A stretch of DNA of 64,000 nucleotides from Eledone cirrhosa (taxonomy: Eukaryota): the NCBI GenBank assembly GCA_964016885.1, contig OZ024740.1, positions 419,058,001-419,122,000 of the forward strand, written 5' to 3'. Shown here piece by piece: positions 37,301 through 55,300 of this stretch (positions are counted from its first letter, which is position 1; each line of letters begins with the position of its first letter). The translations under genes and the position numbers were made by a program. Below the pieces are notes generated by a model. It made no database searches. It saw nothing but the letters and a program-made list of their open reading frames with translations, and had not been told where the DNA came from.

Positions 37301-40300
37301 CCCACCCTATATAGTCAATATACTAAACTATACCACCCTATATAGTCAATATAATAAACTATACCACCCTACATAGTCAACTAAACTATACTCACCCCAT
37401 ATAGTCACTTGACAAAACTATACCCACACTATATAGTCAACTAAACTATATCCACCTTATATAGTCAACTAAACTATACCTACCGTATATAGTCAACTAA
37501 ACTATACCCACCTTATATAGTCAACTAAATTATACCAACCCTATATAGTCAACTAAACTATACCCACCCTATATACTTAACTAAACTATACCCACCCTAT
37601 ATAGTAAATATACTAAACTATACTTACCCTATATAGTCAACTAAACTATACCTACCCTATATAGTCACTTTACTAAACTATATCCACCCTATATAGTAAA
37701 TATACTAAAACTATACCTACCCTATATAGTCAACTAAACTATACGTACACTATATAGTCAACTAAACTATACCTACACAATATAGTCAACTAAACTATAC
37801 CTACCCTATATAGTCAACTAAACTAAACCCACCCTATATAGTAAATATACTAAACTATACCTACCCTATATATTCAACTAAACTATACCTACCCTATATA
37901 GTCAACTAAACTATACCTACCCTATATAGTCAATATACTAAACTGTACCCACCCTTTATAGTCAACTAAACTATACCACCCTATATAGTCAATATACTAA
38001 ACTATACCCACCCTCAATAAATGAACCAAACTATACCTACCCTATATAGTCAATATACTAAACTATACACACCCTATATAGTCAACTACACTATACCTAC
38101 CCTATATAGTCAATATACTAAGCTATACCCACCCTATATAGTCAACTAAACTATACCACCCTATATAGTCAATATACTAAACTGTACCCCCCTATATAGT
38201 CAACTAAACTATACCACCCTATAGAGTCAATATACTAAACTATACCCACGCTTTATAGTCAACTAAACTATACCACTCTATATAGTCAATATAATAAACT
38301 ATACCTACCCTATATAGTCAACTAAACTATACCACCCTATATAGTCAATATACTAAGCTATACCCACCCTATATAGTCAACTAAACTATACCACCCTATA
38401 TAGTCACTATACTAAACTATACCTACCCTATATAGTTAACTAAACTATGCCTACCATATATAGTTAACTAAACTATACCTAACCTATATAGTTAAGTAAA
38501 CAATACCTACCCTATATAGTTACCTAAATTATACCCACACTATATAGTCAACTAAACTATACCTACCCTATATAGTTAACTAAATTATACCTACCCTATA
38601 TAGTTAACTAAACTATACCTACCCTATATCGTCAACTAAACAATACCTACCCTATATAGTCAACTAAACTATACCTACACTATATAGTTAATTAAAATAT
38701 ACCTACCCTATATAGTTAACTAAACTATACCCCCCTATATAGTCAATATACTAAACAATACCCACCCTATATAGTCAATATACTAAACTATACCACCTTA
38801 TATAGTCAACTAAACTATACCTACCCTATATAGTCAATATACTAAACTATACCCACCTTATATAGTCAACTAAACTATACCTACCCTATATAGACAATAT
38901 ACTAAACTATACCACCCTATATAGTCAACTAAATTATACTTACCCTATATAGTCAATATACTAAACTCTACCTACCCTATATGGTCAACTGAACTATACC
39001 CACTCTATATAGTTAACTAAACTATAGCTACCCTATATAGTCAACTAAACTATACCATCCTATATAGTCAATACACTAAACTATACCCACCCAAATATAG
39101 TCATCTAAACTATACCCACCCTATATAGTCACTTTACTAAACTATACCCACCCTATTTTATCAACTAAACTATACCACCCTACATTGTAAATATACTAAA
39201 CTATACCTACCCTATATAGTCAACTAAACTATACCTACCCTATATAGACAATATACTAAAATGTACCACCCTATATAGTCAACTAAACTATACCCACACT
39301 ATATAGTCAATATACTAAACTATACCACCCTATATAGTCAATATACTAAACTATAACACCCTATATAGTCAACTAAACTATACCACCCTATATAGTAATT
39401 ATACTAAACTATACCCATCTTATATAGTCAACTAAACTATACTCCCCCTATATAGTTAATTAAACTATGCCTACCCTATATAGTTAACTAAACTATACCT
39501 ACCCTAAATAGTCAATATACTAATCTATACACCCTATATAGTCAACAAAACTATACCTACCCTATATAGTCAATATACTAAACTATACCCACCCTATATA
39601 GTCAACTAAACTATACCTACCCTATATAGTCAACTAAACTATACCTACCCTATATAGTTAACTAAACTATACCCACCCTATATAGTCAACAAACTATAGC
39701 TACCCTATATAGTTAACTAAACTATACCTACCCTATATAGTTCACTAAACTATACCTACCCGATATAGTAAACTAAACTATACCTACCCTATATAGTCAA
39801 TATACTAAACTATACCAACCCTATATAGTTAATTAAACTATACCTACCCTATATAGTTAACTAAACTATACCACCCTATATAGTCAATATACTAGACTAT
39901 AACACCCTATATTGACAATATACTAAACTATACACACCCTATATAGTCAATATACTAAACTATACCCACTCTATATAGTCAACTAAACTATACCTACCCT
40001 ATATAGTCAACTAAACTATACCTACCCTATATAGTCAATATACTAAACTATACCAACTTATATAGTCAACTAAACGATACCTACCCTACATAGTCAACTA
40101 AACTATACCTGCCCTATATAGTCAACTAAACTATACCTACCCTATGTAGTTAACTGAACTATACCCACCCTATATAGTCAATATACTAAACTATACCCGC
40201 TCTATATAGTCAACTAAACTATAGCTACCCTATATATCAACTAAACTATACCTACCCTATATAGTCAACTAAACTATACCTACCCTATGTAGTTAACTGA

Positions 40301-43300
40301 ACTATACCCACCCTATATAGTAAATACACTAAACTATACCCACCCTATATAGTCAACTAAACTATACCCACCCTATATATTCACTTTACTAAACTATACC
40401 CACCCTATATAGTCAATATATTAAACTATACCACCCTATATAGTCAATATAATAAACTATACCACCCTACATAGTCAACTAAACTATACCCACCCCATAT
40501 AGTCACTTTACAAAACTATACCCACCGTATATAGTCAACTAAACTATATCCACCTTATATAGTCAACTAAACTATACCTACCCTATATAGTCAACTAAAC
40601 TATACCTACCGTATATAGTCAACTAAACTATACCCACCTTCTATAGTCAACTAAACTATACCTACCCTATATAGTCAACTAAACTATACCCACCCTATAT
40701 AGTTAACTAAACTATACCAACCCTATATAGTCAATATACTGAACTATACCCACCCTATATAGTCAACTAAACTATATCTACACTATATAGTCACTTTACT
40801 AAACTATACCCACCCTATATAGTAAATATACTAAACTAAACTTACCCTATATAGTCAACTAAACTATACCTACCCTATATATTCAACTAAACTATACCTA
40901 CCCTATATACTCAATATACTAAACTGTACCACCCTATATATTCAACTAAACTATACCACCCTATATAGTCAATATACTAGACTATACCCACCCTATATAG
41001 TCAACTAAATTATACCACCCTATATAGTCAATATACTAAACTCTTCCTACACTATATAGTCAACTAAACTATACCTACCCTATATAGTCAATATACTAAA
41101 CTATACCCACCCTATATAGTCAACTAAACTATACCTACCGTATATAGTCAACTAGACTATACCTACCCTATATAGTTAACTAAACTATACCCACCTATAG
41201 AGTCAACTAAACTATACCTACCCTATATAGTTAACTAAACTATACCTACCCTATATAGGTAACTAAACTATACCACCCTATATAGTCAATATACTAAACT
41301 ATACCCACCCTATATAGTCAACTAAACTATACCTACCCTATATAGTCAACTAAACTATACCTACCCTATATAGTCAACTAAACTATACCTACACTACATA
41401 GTCAACTAAATTATACCTACCCTATATAGTTAACTAAACTATACCCACCCTATATAGGTAACTAAACTATACCACCCTATATAGTCAATATACTAAACTA
41501 TACCTACACTATATAGTCAACTAAACTATACCTACCCTATATAGTCAATATACTAAACTATACCTGCCCTATATAGTCAATTAAACTATACCTACCCTAT
41601 ATAGTCAACTAAACTATACCCACCCTATATAGTCAATATACTAAACTACACCCACACTATATAGTCAACTAAACTATAGCTACCCTATATAGTCAACTAA
41701 ACTATACCTACCCTATATAGTCAACTAAACTATGCCTACCCTATATAGTCAATATACTAAAATGTACCACCCTATATAGTCAAATAAACTATACCCACAC
41801 TATATAGTCAATATACTAAACTATACCACCCTATATAGTCAATATACTAAACTATAACACCCTATATAGTCAACTAAACTATACCACCCTATATAGTAAT
41901 TATACTAAACTATACCCATCTTATATAGTCAACTAAACTATACTCCCCCTATATAGTTAATTAAACTATACCTACCCTATATAGTTAACTAAACTATACC
42001 TACCCTAAATAGTCAATATACTAATCTATACACCCTATATAGTCAACAAAACTATACCTACCCTATATAGTCAATATACTAAACTATACCCACCCTATAT
42101 AGTCAACTAAACTATACCTACCCTTTATAGTCAACTAAACTATACCTACCCTATATAGTTAACTAAACTATACCCACCCTATATAGTCAACAAACTATAG
42201 CTACCCTATATAGTTAACTAAACTATACCTACCCTATATAGTTCACTAAACTATACCTACCCGATATAGTAAACTAAACTATACCTACCCTATATAGTCA
42301 ATATACTAAACTATACCTACCTTATATAGTTAATTAAACTATACCTACCCTATATAGTTAACTAAACTATACCACCCTATATAGTCAATATACTAAACTA
42401 TTACACCCTATATAGTCAATATACTAAACTATACCCACCCTATATAGTCAACTAAACTATACCTACCCTATATAGTCAATATACTAAACTATACCAACTT
42501 ATATAGTCAACTAAACGATACCTACCCTACATAGTCAACTAAACTATACCTACTCTATATAGTCAACTAAACTATACCTACCCTATATAGTTAACTCAAC
42601 TATACCCACACTATATAGTCAACTAAACTATACCACCCTATATAGTCAATATACTAAACTATACCACCTCATTTAGTCAAATAAACTATACCAACCCTAT
42701 ATAGTCAACAAAACTATACCACCCTATATAGTCAATATACTAAACTATACCAACTTATATAGTCAACTAAACGATACCTACCCTACATAATCAACTAAAC
42801 TATACCTGCCCTATATAGTCAACTAAACTATACCTACCCTATGTAGTTAACTGAACTATACCCACCCTATATAGTAAATACACTAAACTATACCCACCCT
42901 ATATAGTCAACTAAACTATACCCACCCTATATATTCACTTTACTAAACTATACCCACCCTATATAGTCAATATATTAAACTATACCACCCTATATAGTCA
43001 ATATAATAAACTATACCACCCTACATAGTCAACTAAACTATACCCACCCCATATAGTCACTTTACAAAACTATACCCACCGTATATAGTCAACTAAACTA
43101 TATCCACCTTATATAGTCAACTAAACTATACCTACCCTATATAGTCAACTAAACTATACCTACCGTATATAGTCAACTAAACTATATCCACCTTATATAG
43201 TCAACTAACCTATACCTACCCTATATAGTCAACTAAACTATACCTACCGTATATAGTCAACTAAACTATACCCACCTTCTATAGTCAACTAAACTATACC

Positions 43301-46300
43301 TACCCTATATAGTCAACTAAACTATACCCACCCTATATAGTTAACTAAACTACACCTACCCTATATAGTCAATATACTAAACTATATCCACCCTATATAG
43401 TCAACTAAACTATATCTACACTATATAGTCACTTTACTAAACTATACCCACCCTATATAGTAAATATACTAAACTAAACTTACCCTAGATAGTCAACTAA
43501 ACTATACCTACCCTATATATTCAACTAAACTATACCTACCCTATATACTCAATATACTAAACTGTACCACCCTATATATTCAACTAAACTATACCACCCT
43601 ATATAGTCAATATACTAAACTATACCCACCCTATATAGTCAACTAAACTATACCTACCCTATATAGTCAATATACTAAACTATACCCACCCTATATAGTC
43701 AACTAAACTATACCTACCGTATATAGTCAACTAGACTATACCTACCCTATATAGTTAACTAAACTATACCCACCTATAGAGTCAACTAAACTATACCTAC
43801 CCTATATAATTAACTAAACTATACCTACCCTATATAGGTAACTAAACTATACCACCCTATATAGTCAATATACTAAACTATACCCACCCTATATAGTCAA
43901 CTAAACTATACCTACCCTATATAGTCAACTAAACTATACCTACCCTATATAGTCAACTAAACTATACCTACACTACATAGTCAACTAAATTATACCTACC
44001 CTATATAGTTAACTAAACTATACCACCCTATATAGTCAATATACTAAACTATACCTACACTATATAGTCAACTAAACTATACCTACCCTATATAGTCAAT
44101 ATACTAAACTATACCTGCCCTATATAGTCAATTAAACTATACCTACCCTATATAGTCAACTAAACTATACCCACCCTATATAGTCAATATACTAAACTAC
44201 ACCCACACTATATAGTCAACTAAACTATAGCTACCCTATATAGTCAGTTAAACTATACCACCCTATATAGTGAATATACTAAACTATACCTACACTATAT
44301 AGTCAACTAAACTATACACACCCTATATAGTCACTTACTAAACTATAGCCTCCCTATATAGTCAACTAAACTATACCACCCCATATAGTCAACTAAACTA
44401 TACCACCCCATATAGTCAACTAAACTATACCTACCCTATATAGTTATCTAAACTATACCTACCCTAAATACTCAATATACTAAACTATACCACCCTATAT
44501 AGTCAATTAAACTATACCTACCCTATATGGTCAACTAAACTATACCCACTCTATATAGTTAACTAAACTATAGCTACCATATATAGTCAACTAAAATATA
44601 CCACCCTATATAGTCAATGTACTAAACTATAACCAACCTATATAGTCAACTAAACTATACCACACTATATAGTTAACTAAACTATACGTACCTTATATAG
44701 TCAACTAAACTATACCTACCCTATATAGTTAACTAAACTATACCCACCTATATAGTCAACTAAACTATACCTACCCTATATGGTTAACTAAACTATACCT
44801 ACCCTATATAGTCAATTTACAAAACTATACCACCTTATATAGTCAACTAAACTATACGTACACTATATAGTCAACTAAACTATACCTACCCTATATAGTC
44901 AACTAAACTATACCTACCCTATATAGTCAATATACTAAACTATACCAACTTATATAGTCAACTAAACGATACCTACCCTACATAGTCAACTAAACTATAC
45001 CTACTCTATATAGTCAACTAAACTATACCTACCCTATATAGTTAACTCAACTATACCCACACTATATAGTCAACTAAACTATACCACCCTATATAGTCAA
45101 TATACTAAACTATACCACCTCATTTAGTCAACTAAACTATACCAACCCTATATAGTCAACAAAACTATACCACCCTATATAGTCAATATACTAAACTATA
45201 CCAACTTATATAGTCAACTAAACGATACCTACCCTACATAGTCAACTAAACTATACCTACCCTACATAGTCAACTAAACTATACCTGCCCTATATAGTCA
45301 ACTAAACTATACCTACCCTATGTAGTTAACTGAACTATACCCACCCTATATAGTCAATATACTAAACTATACCCGCTCTATATAGTCAACTAAACTATAG
45401 CTACCCTATATATCAACTAAACTATACCTACCCTATATAGTCAACTAAACTATACCTACCCTATGTAGTTAACTGAACTATACCCACCCTATATAGTAAA
45501 TACACTAAACTATACCCACCCTATATAGTCAACTAAACTATACCCACCCTATATATTCACTTTACTAAACTATACCCACCCTATATAGTCAATATATTAA
45601 ACTATACCACCCTATATAGTCAATATAATAAACTATACCACCCTACATAGTCAACTAAACTATACCCACCCCATATAGTCACTTTACAAAACTATACCCA
45701 CCGTATATAGTCAACTAAACTATATCCACCTTATATAGTCAACTAAACTATACCTACCCTATATAGTCAACTAAACTATACCTACCGTATATAGTCAACT
45801 AAACTATACCCACCTTCTATAGTCAACTAAACTATACCTACCCTATATAGTCAACTAAACTATACCCACCCTATATAGTTAACTAAACTATACCAACCCT
45901 ATATAGTCAATATACTGAACTATACCCACCCTATATAGTCAACTAAACTATATCTACACTATATAGTCACTTTACTAAACTATACCCACCCTATATAGTA
46001 AATATACTAAACTAAACTTACCCTATATAGTCAACTAAACTATACCTACCCTATATATTCAACTAAACTATACCTACCCTATATACTCAATATACTAAAC
46101 TGTACCACCCTATATATTCAACTAAACTATACCACCCTATATAGTCAATATACTAGACTATACCCACCCTATATAGTCAACTAAATTATACCACCCTATA
46201 TAGTCAATATACTAAACTCTTCCTACACTATATAGTCAACTAAACTATACCTACCCTATATAGTCAATATACTAAACTATACCCACCCTATATAGTCAAC

Positions 46301-49300
46301 TAAGCTATACCTACCGTATATAGTCAACTAGACTATACCTACCCTATATAGTTAACTAAACTATACCCACCTATAGAGTCAACTAAACTATACCTACCCT
46401 ATATAGTTAACTAAACTATACCTACCCTATATAGGTAACTAAACTATACCACCCTATATAGTCAATATACTAAACTATACCCACCCTATATAGTCAACTA
46501 AACTATACCTACCCTATATAGTCAACTAAACTATACCTACCCTATATAGTCAACTAAACTATACCTACACTACATAGTCAACTAAATTATACCTACCCTA
46601 TATAGTTAACTAAACTATACCCACCCTATATAGGTAACTAAACTATACCACCCTATATAGTCAATATACTAAACTATACCTACACTATATAGTCAACTAA
46701 ACTATACCTACCCTATATAGTCAATATACTAAACTATACCTGCCCTATATAGTCAATTAAACTATACCTACCCTATATAGTCAACTAAACTATACCCACC
46801 CTATATAGTCAATATACTAAACTACACCCACACTATATAGTCAACTAAACTATAGCTACCCTATATAGTCAACTAAACTATACCTACCCTATATAGTCAA
46901 CTAAACTATGCCTACCCTATATAGTCAATATACTAAAATGTACCACCCTATATAGTCAAATAAACTATACCCACACTATATAGTCAATATACTAAACTAT
47001 ACCACCCTATATAGTCAATATACTAAACTATAACACCCTATATAGTCAACTAAACTATACCACCCTATATAGTAATTATACTAAACTATACCCATCTTAT
47101 ATAGTCAACTAAACTATACTCCCCCTATATAGTTAACTAAACTATACCTACCCTAAATAGTCAATATACTAATCTATACACCCTATATAGTCAACAAAAC
47201 TATACCTACCCTATATAGTCAATATACTAAACTATACCCACCCTATATAGTCAACTAAACTATACCTACCCTTTATAGTCAACTAAACTATACCTACCCT
47301 ATATAGTTAACTAAACTATACCCACCCTATATAGTCAACAAACTATAGCTACCCTATATAGTTAACTAAACTATACCTACCCTATATAGTTCACTAAACT
47401 ATACCTACCCGATATAGTAAACTAAACTATACCTACCCTATATAGTCAATATACTAAACTATACCTACCTTATATAGTTAATTAAACTATACCTACCCTA
47501 TATAGTTAACTAAACTATACTACCCTATATAGTCAATATACTAAACTATAACACCCTATATAGTCAATATACTAAACTATACCCACCCTATATAGTCAAC
47601 TAAACTATACCTACCCTATATAGTCAATATACTAAACTATACCAACTTATATAGTCAACTAAACGATACCTACCCTACATAGTCAACTAAACTATACCTA
47701 CTCTATATAGTCAACTAAACTATACCTACCCTATATAGTTAACTCAACTATACCCACACTATATAGTCAACTAAACTATACCACCCTATATAGTCAATAT
47801 ACTAAACTATACCACCTCATTTAGTCAAATAAACTATACCAACCCTATATAGTCAACAAAACTATACCACCCTATATAGTCAATATACTAAACTATACCA
47901 ACTTATATAGTCAACTAAACGATACCTACCCTACATAATCAACTAAACTATACCTGCCCTATATAGTCAACTAAACTATACCTACCCTATGTAGTTAACT
48001 GAACTATACCCACCCTATATAGTAAATACACTAAACTATACCCACCCTATATAGTCAACTAAACTATACCCACCCTATATATTCACTTTACTAAACTATA
48101 CCCACCCTATATAGTCAATATATTAAACTATACCACCCTATATAGTCAATATAATAAACTATACCACCCTACATAGTCAACTAAACTATACCCACCCCAT
48201 ATAGTCACTTTACAAAACTATACCCACCGTATATAGTCAACTAAACTATATCCACCTTATATAGTCAACTAAACTATACCTACCCTATATAGTCAACTAA
48301 ACTATACCTACCGTATATAGTCAACTAAACTATATCCACCTTATATAGTCAACTAACCTATACCTACCCTATATAGTCAACTAAACTATACCTACCGTAT
48401 ATAGTCAACTAAACTATACCCACCTTCTATAGTCAACTAAACTATACCTACCCTATATAGTCAACTAAACTATACCCACCCTATATAGTTAACTAAACTA
48501 CACCTACCCTATATAGTCAATATACTAAACTATATCCACCCTATATAGTCAACTAAACTATATCTACACTATATAGTCACTTTACTAAACTATACCCACC
48601 CTATATAGTAAATATACTAAACTAAACTTACCCTAGATAGTCAACTAAACTATACCTACCCTATATATTCAACTAAACTATACCTACCCTATATACTCAA
48701 TATACTAAACTGTACCACCCTATATATTCAACTAAACTATACCACCCTATATAGTCAATATACTAAACTATACCCACCCTATATAGTCAACTAAACTATA
48801 CCTACCCTATATAGTCAATATACTAAACTATACCAACTTATATAGTCAACTAAACGATACCTACCCTACATAGTCAACTAAACTATACCTACTCTATATA
48901 GTCAACTAAACTATACCTACCCTATATAGTTAACTCAACTATACCCACACTATATAGTCAACTAAACTATACCACCCTATATAGTCAATATACTAAACTA
49001 TACCACCTCATTTAGTCAAATAAACTATACCAACCCTATATAGTCAACAAAACTATACCACCCTATATAGTCAATATACTAAACTATACCAACTTATATA
49101 GTCAACTAAACGATACCTACCCTACATAATCAACTAAACTATACCTGCCCTATATAGTCAACTAAACTATACCTACCCTATGTAGTTAACTGAACTATAC
49201 CCACCCTATATAGTAAATACACTAAACTATACCCACCCTATATAGTCAACTAAACTATACCCACCCTATATATTCACTTTACTAAACTATACCCACCCTA

Positions 49301-52300
49301 TATAGTCAATATATTAAACTATACCACCCTATATAGTCAATATAATAAACTATACCACCCTACATAGTCAACTAAACTATACCCACCCCATATAGTCACT
49401 TTACAAAACTATACCCACCGTATATAGTCAACTAAACTATATCCACCTTATATAGTCAACTAAACTATACCTACCCTATATAGTCAACTAAACTATACCT
49501 ACCGTATATAGTCAACTAAACTATATCCACCTTATATAGTCAACTAACCTATACCTACCCTATATAGTCAACTAAACTATACCTACCGTATATAGTCAAC
49601 TAAACTATACCCACCTTCTATAGTCAACTAAACTATACCTACCCTATATAGTCAACTAAACTATACCCACCCTATATAGTTAACTAAACTACACCTACCC
49701 TATATAGTCAATATACTAAACTATATCCACCCTATATAGTCAACTAAACTATATCTACACTATATAGTCACTTTACTAAACTATACCCACCCTATATAGT
49801 AAATATACTAAACTAAACTTACCCTAGATAGTCAACTAAACTATACCTACCCTATATATTCAACTAAACTATACCTACCCTATATACTCAATATACTAAA
49901 CTGTACCACCCTATATATTCAACTAAACTATACCACCCTATATAGTCAATATACTAAACTATACCCACCCTATATAGTCAACTAAACTATACCTACCCTA
50001 TATAGTCAATATACTAAACTATACCCACCCTATATAGTCAACTAAACTATACCTACCGTATATAGTCAACTAGACTATACCTACCCTATATAGTTAACTA
50101 AACTATACCCACCTATAGAGTCAACTAAACTATACCTACCCTATATAATTAACTAAACTATACCTACCCTATATAGGTAACTAAACTATACCACCCTATA
50201 TAGTCAATATACTAAACTATACCCACCCTATATAGTCAACTAAACTATACCTACCCTATATAGTCAACTAAACTATACCTACCCTATATAGTCAACTAAA
50301 CTATACCTACACTACATAGTCAACTAAATTATACCTACCCTATATAGTTAACTAAACTATACCACCCTATATAGTCAATATACTAAACTATACCTACACT
50401 ATATAGTCAACTAAACTATACCTACCCTATATAGTCAATATACTAAACTATACCTGCCCTATATAGTCAATTAAACTATACCTACCCTATATAGTCAACT
50501 AAACTATACCCACCCTATATAGTCAATATACTAAACTACACCCACACTATATAGTCAACTAAACTATAGCTACCCTATATAGTCAGTTAAACTATACCAC
50601 CCTATATAGTGAATATACTAAACTATACCTACACTATATAGTCAACTAAACTATACACACCCTATATAGTCACTTACTAAACTATAGCCTCCCTATATAG
50701 TCAACTAAACTATACCACCCCATATAGTCAACTAAACTATACCACCCCATATAGTCAACTAAACTATACCTACCCTATATAGTTATCTAAACTATACCTA
50801 CCCTAAATACTCAATATACTAAACTATACCACCCTATATAGTCAATTAAACTATACCTACCCTATATGGTCAACTAAACTATACCCACTCTATATAGTTA
50901 ACTAAACTATAGCTACCATATATAGTCAACTAAAATATACCACCCTATATAGTCAATGTACTAAACTATAACCAACCTATATAGTCAACTAAACTATACC
51001 ACACTATATAGTTAACTAAACTATACGTACCTTATATAGTCAACTAAACTATACCTACCCTATATAGTTAACTAAACTATACCCACCTATATAGTCAACT
51101 AAACTATACCTACCCTATATGGTTAACTAAACTATACCTACCCTATATAGTCAATTTACAAAACTATACCACCTTATATAGTCAACTAAACTATACGTAC
51201 ACTATATAGTCAACTAAACTATACCTACCCTATATAGTCAACTAAACTATACCTACCCTATATAGTCAATATACTAAACTATACCAACTTATATAGTCAA
51301 CTAAACGATACCTACCCTACATAGTCAACTAAACTATACCTACTCTATATAGTCAACTAAACTATACCTACCCTATATAGTTAACTCAACTATACCCACA
51401 CTATATAGTCAACTAAACTATACCACCCTATATAGTCAATATACTAAACTATACCACCTCATTTAGTCAACTAAACTATACCAACCCTATATAGTCAACA
51501 AAACTATACCACCCTATATAGTCAATATACTAAACTATACCAACTTATATAGTCAACTAAACGATACCTACCCTACATAGTCAACTAAACTATACCTACC
51601 CTACATAGTCAACTAAACTATACCTGCCCTATATAGTCAACTAAACTATACCTACCCTATGTAGTTAACTGAACTATACCCACCCTATATAGTAAATACA
51701 CTAAACTATACCCACCCTGTATAGTCAACTAAACTATACCCACCCTATATATTCACTTTACTAAACTATACCCACCCTATATAGTCAATATATTAAACTA
51801 TACCACCCTATATAGTCAATATAATAAACTATACCACCCTACATAGTCAACTAAACTATACCCACCCCATATAGTCACTTTACAAAACTATACCCACCGT
51901 ATATAGTCAACTAAACTATATCCACCTTATATAGTCAACTAAACTATACCTACCCTATATAGTCAACTAAACTATACCTACCGTATATAGTCAACTAAAC
52001 TATACCCACCTTCTATAGTCAACTAAACTATACCTACCCTATATAGTCAACTAAACTATACCCACCCTATATAGTTAACTAAACTATACCAACCCTATAT
52101 AGTCAATATACTGAACTATACCCACCCTATATAGTCAACTAAACTATATCTACACTATATAGTCACTTTACTAAACTATACCCACCCTATATAGTAAATA
52201 TACTAAACTAAACTTACCCTATATAGTCAACTAAACTATACCTACCCTATATATTCAACTAAACTATACCTACCCTATATACTCAATATACTAAACTGTA

Positions 52301-55300
52301 CCACCCTATATATTCAACTAAACTATACCACCCTATATAGTCAATATACTAGACTATACCCACCCTATATAGTCAACTAAATTATACCACCCTATATAGT
52401 CAATATACTAAACTCTTCCTACACTATATAGTCAACTAAACTATACCTACCCTATATAGTCAATATACTAAACTATACCCACCCTATATAGTCAACTAAG
52501 CTATACCTACCGTATATAGTCAACTAGACTATACCTACCCTATATAGTTAACTAAACTATACCCACCTATAGAGTCAACTAAACTATACCTACCCTATAT
52601 AGTTAACTAAACTATACCTACCCTATATAGGTAACTAAACTATACCACCCTATATAGTCAATATACTAAACTATACCCACCCTATATAGTCAACTAAACT
52701 ATACCTACCCTATATAGTCAACTAAACTATACCTACCCTATATAGTCAACTAAACTATACCTACACTACATAGTCAACTAAATTATACCTACCCTATATA
52801 GTTAACTAAACTATACCCACCCTATATAGGTAACTAAACTATACCACCCTATATAGTCAATATACTAAACTATACCTACACTATATAGTCAACTAAACTA
52901 TACCTACCCTATATAGTCAATATACTAAACTATACCTGCCCTATATAGTCAATTAAACTATACCTACCCTATATAGTCAACTAAACTATACCCACCCTAT
53001 ATAGTCAATATACTAAACTACACCCACACTATATAGTCAACTAAACTATAGCTACCCTATATAGTCAACTAAACTATACCTACCCTATATAGTCAACTAA
53101 ACTATGCCTACCCTATATAGTCAATATACTAAAATGTACCACCCTATATAGTCAAATAAACTATACCCACACTATATAGTCAATATACTAAACTATACCA
53201 CCCTATATAGTCAATATACTAAACTATAACACCCTATATAGTCAACTAAACTATACCACCCTATATAGTAATTATACTAAACTATACCCATCTTATATAG
53301 TCAACTAAACTATACTCCCCCTATATAGTTAATTAAACTATACCTACCCTATATAGTTAACTAAACTATACCTACCCTAAATAGTCAATATACTAATCTA
53401 TACACCCTATATAGTCAACAAAACTATACCTACCCTATATAGTCAATATACTAAACTATACCCACCCTATATAGTCAACTAAACTATACCTACCCTTTAT
53501 AGTCAACTAAACTATACCTACCCTATATAGTTAACTAAACTATACCCACCCTATATAGTCAACAAACTATAGCTACCCTATATAGTTAACTAAACTATAC
53601 CTACCCTATATAGTTCACTAAACTATACCTACCCGATATAGTAAACTAAACTATACCTACCCTATATAGTCAATATACTAAACTATACCTACCTTATATA
53701 GTTAATTAAACTATACCTACCCTATATAGTTAACTAAACTATACTACCCTATATAGTCAATATACTAAACTATAACACCCTATATAGTCAATATACTAAA
53801 CTATACCCACCCTATATAGTCAACTAAACTATACCTACCCTATATAGTCAATATACTAAACTATACCAACTTATATAGTCAACTAAACGATACCTACCCT
53901 ACATAGTCAACTAAACTATACCTACTCTATATAGTCAACTAAACTATACCTACCCTATATAGTTAACTCAACTATACCCACACTATATAGTCAACTAAAC
54001 TATACCACCCTATATAGTCAATATACTAAACTATACCACCTCATTTAGTCAAATAAACTATACCAACCCTATATAGTCAACAAAACTATACCACCCTATA
54101 TAGTCAATATACTAAACTATACCAACTTATATAGTCAACTAAACGATACCTACCCTACATAATCAACTAAACTATACCTGCCCTATATAGTCAACTAAAC
54201 TATACCTACCCTATGTAGTTAACTGAACTATACCCACCCTATATAGTAAATACACTAAACTATACCCACCCTATATAGTCAACTAAACTATACCCACCCT
54301 ATATATTCACTTTACTAAACTATACCCACCCTATATAGTCAATATATTAAACTATACCACCCTATATAGTCAATATAATAAACTATACCACCCTACATAG
54401 TCAACTAAACTATACCCACCCCATATAGTCACTTTACAAAACTATACCCACCGTATATAGTCAACTAAACTATATCCACCTTATATAGTCAACTAAACGA
54501 TACCTACCCTACATAGTCAACTAAACTATACCTACCCTACATAGTCAACTAAACTATACCTGCCCTATATAGTCAACTAAACTATACCTACCCTATGTAG
54601 TTAACTGAACTATACCCACCCTATATAGTAAATACACTAAACTATACCCACCCTGTATAGTCAACTAAACTATACCCACCCTATATATTCACTTTACTAA
54701 ACTATACCCACCCTATATAGTCAATATATTAAACTATACCACCCTATATAGTCAATATAATAAACTATACCACCCTACATAGTCAACTAAACTATACCCA
54801 CCCCATATAGTCACTTTACAAAACTATACCCACCGTATATAGTCAACTAAACTATATCCACCTTATATAGTCAACTAAACTATACCTACCCTATATAGTC
54901 AACTAAACTATACCTACCGTATATAGTCAACTAAACTATACCCACCTTCTATAGTCAACTAAACTATACCTACCCTATATAGTCAACTAAACTATACCCA
55001 CCCTATATAGTTAACTAAACTATACCAACCCTATATAGTCAATATACTGAACTATACCCACCCTATATAGTCAACTAAACTATATCTACACTATATAGTC
55101 ACTTTACTAAACTATACCCACCCTATATAGTAAATATACTAAACTAAACTTACCCTATATAGTCAACTAAACTATACCTACCCTATATATTCAACTAAAC
55201 TATACCTACCCTATATACTCAATATACTAAACTGTACCACCCTATATATTCAACTAAACTATACCACCCTATATAGTCAATATACTAGACTATACCCACC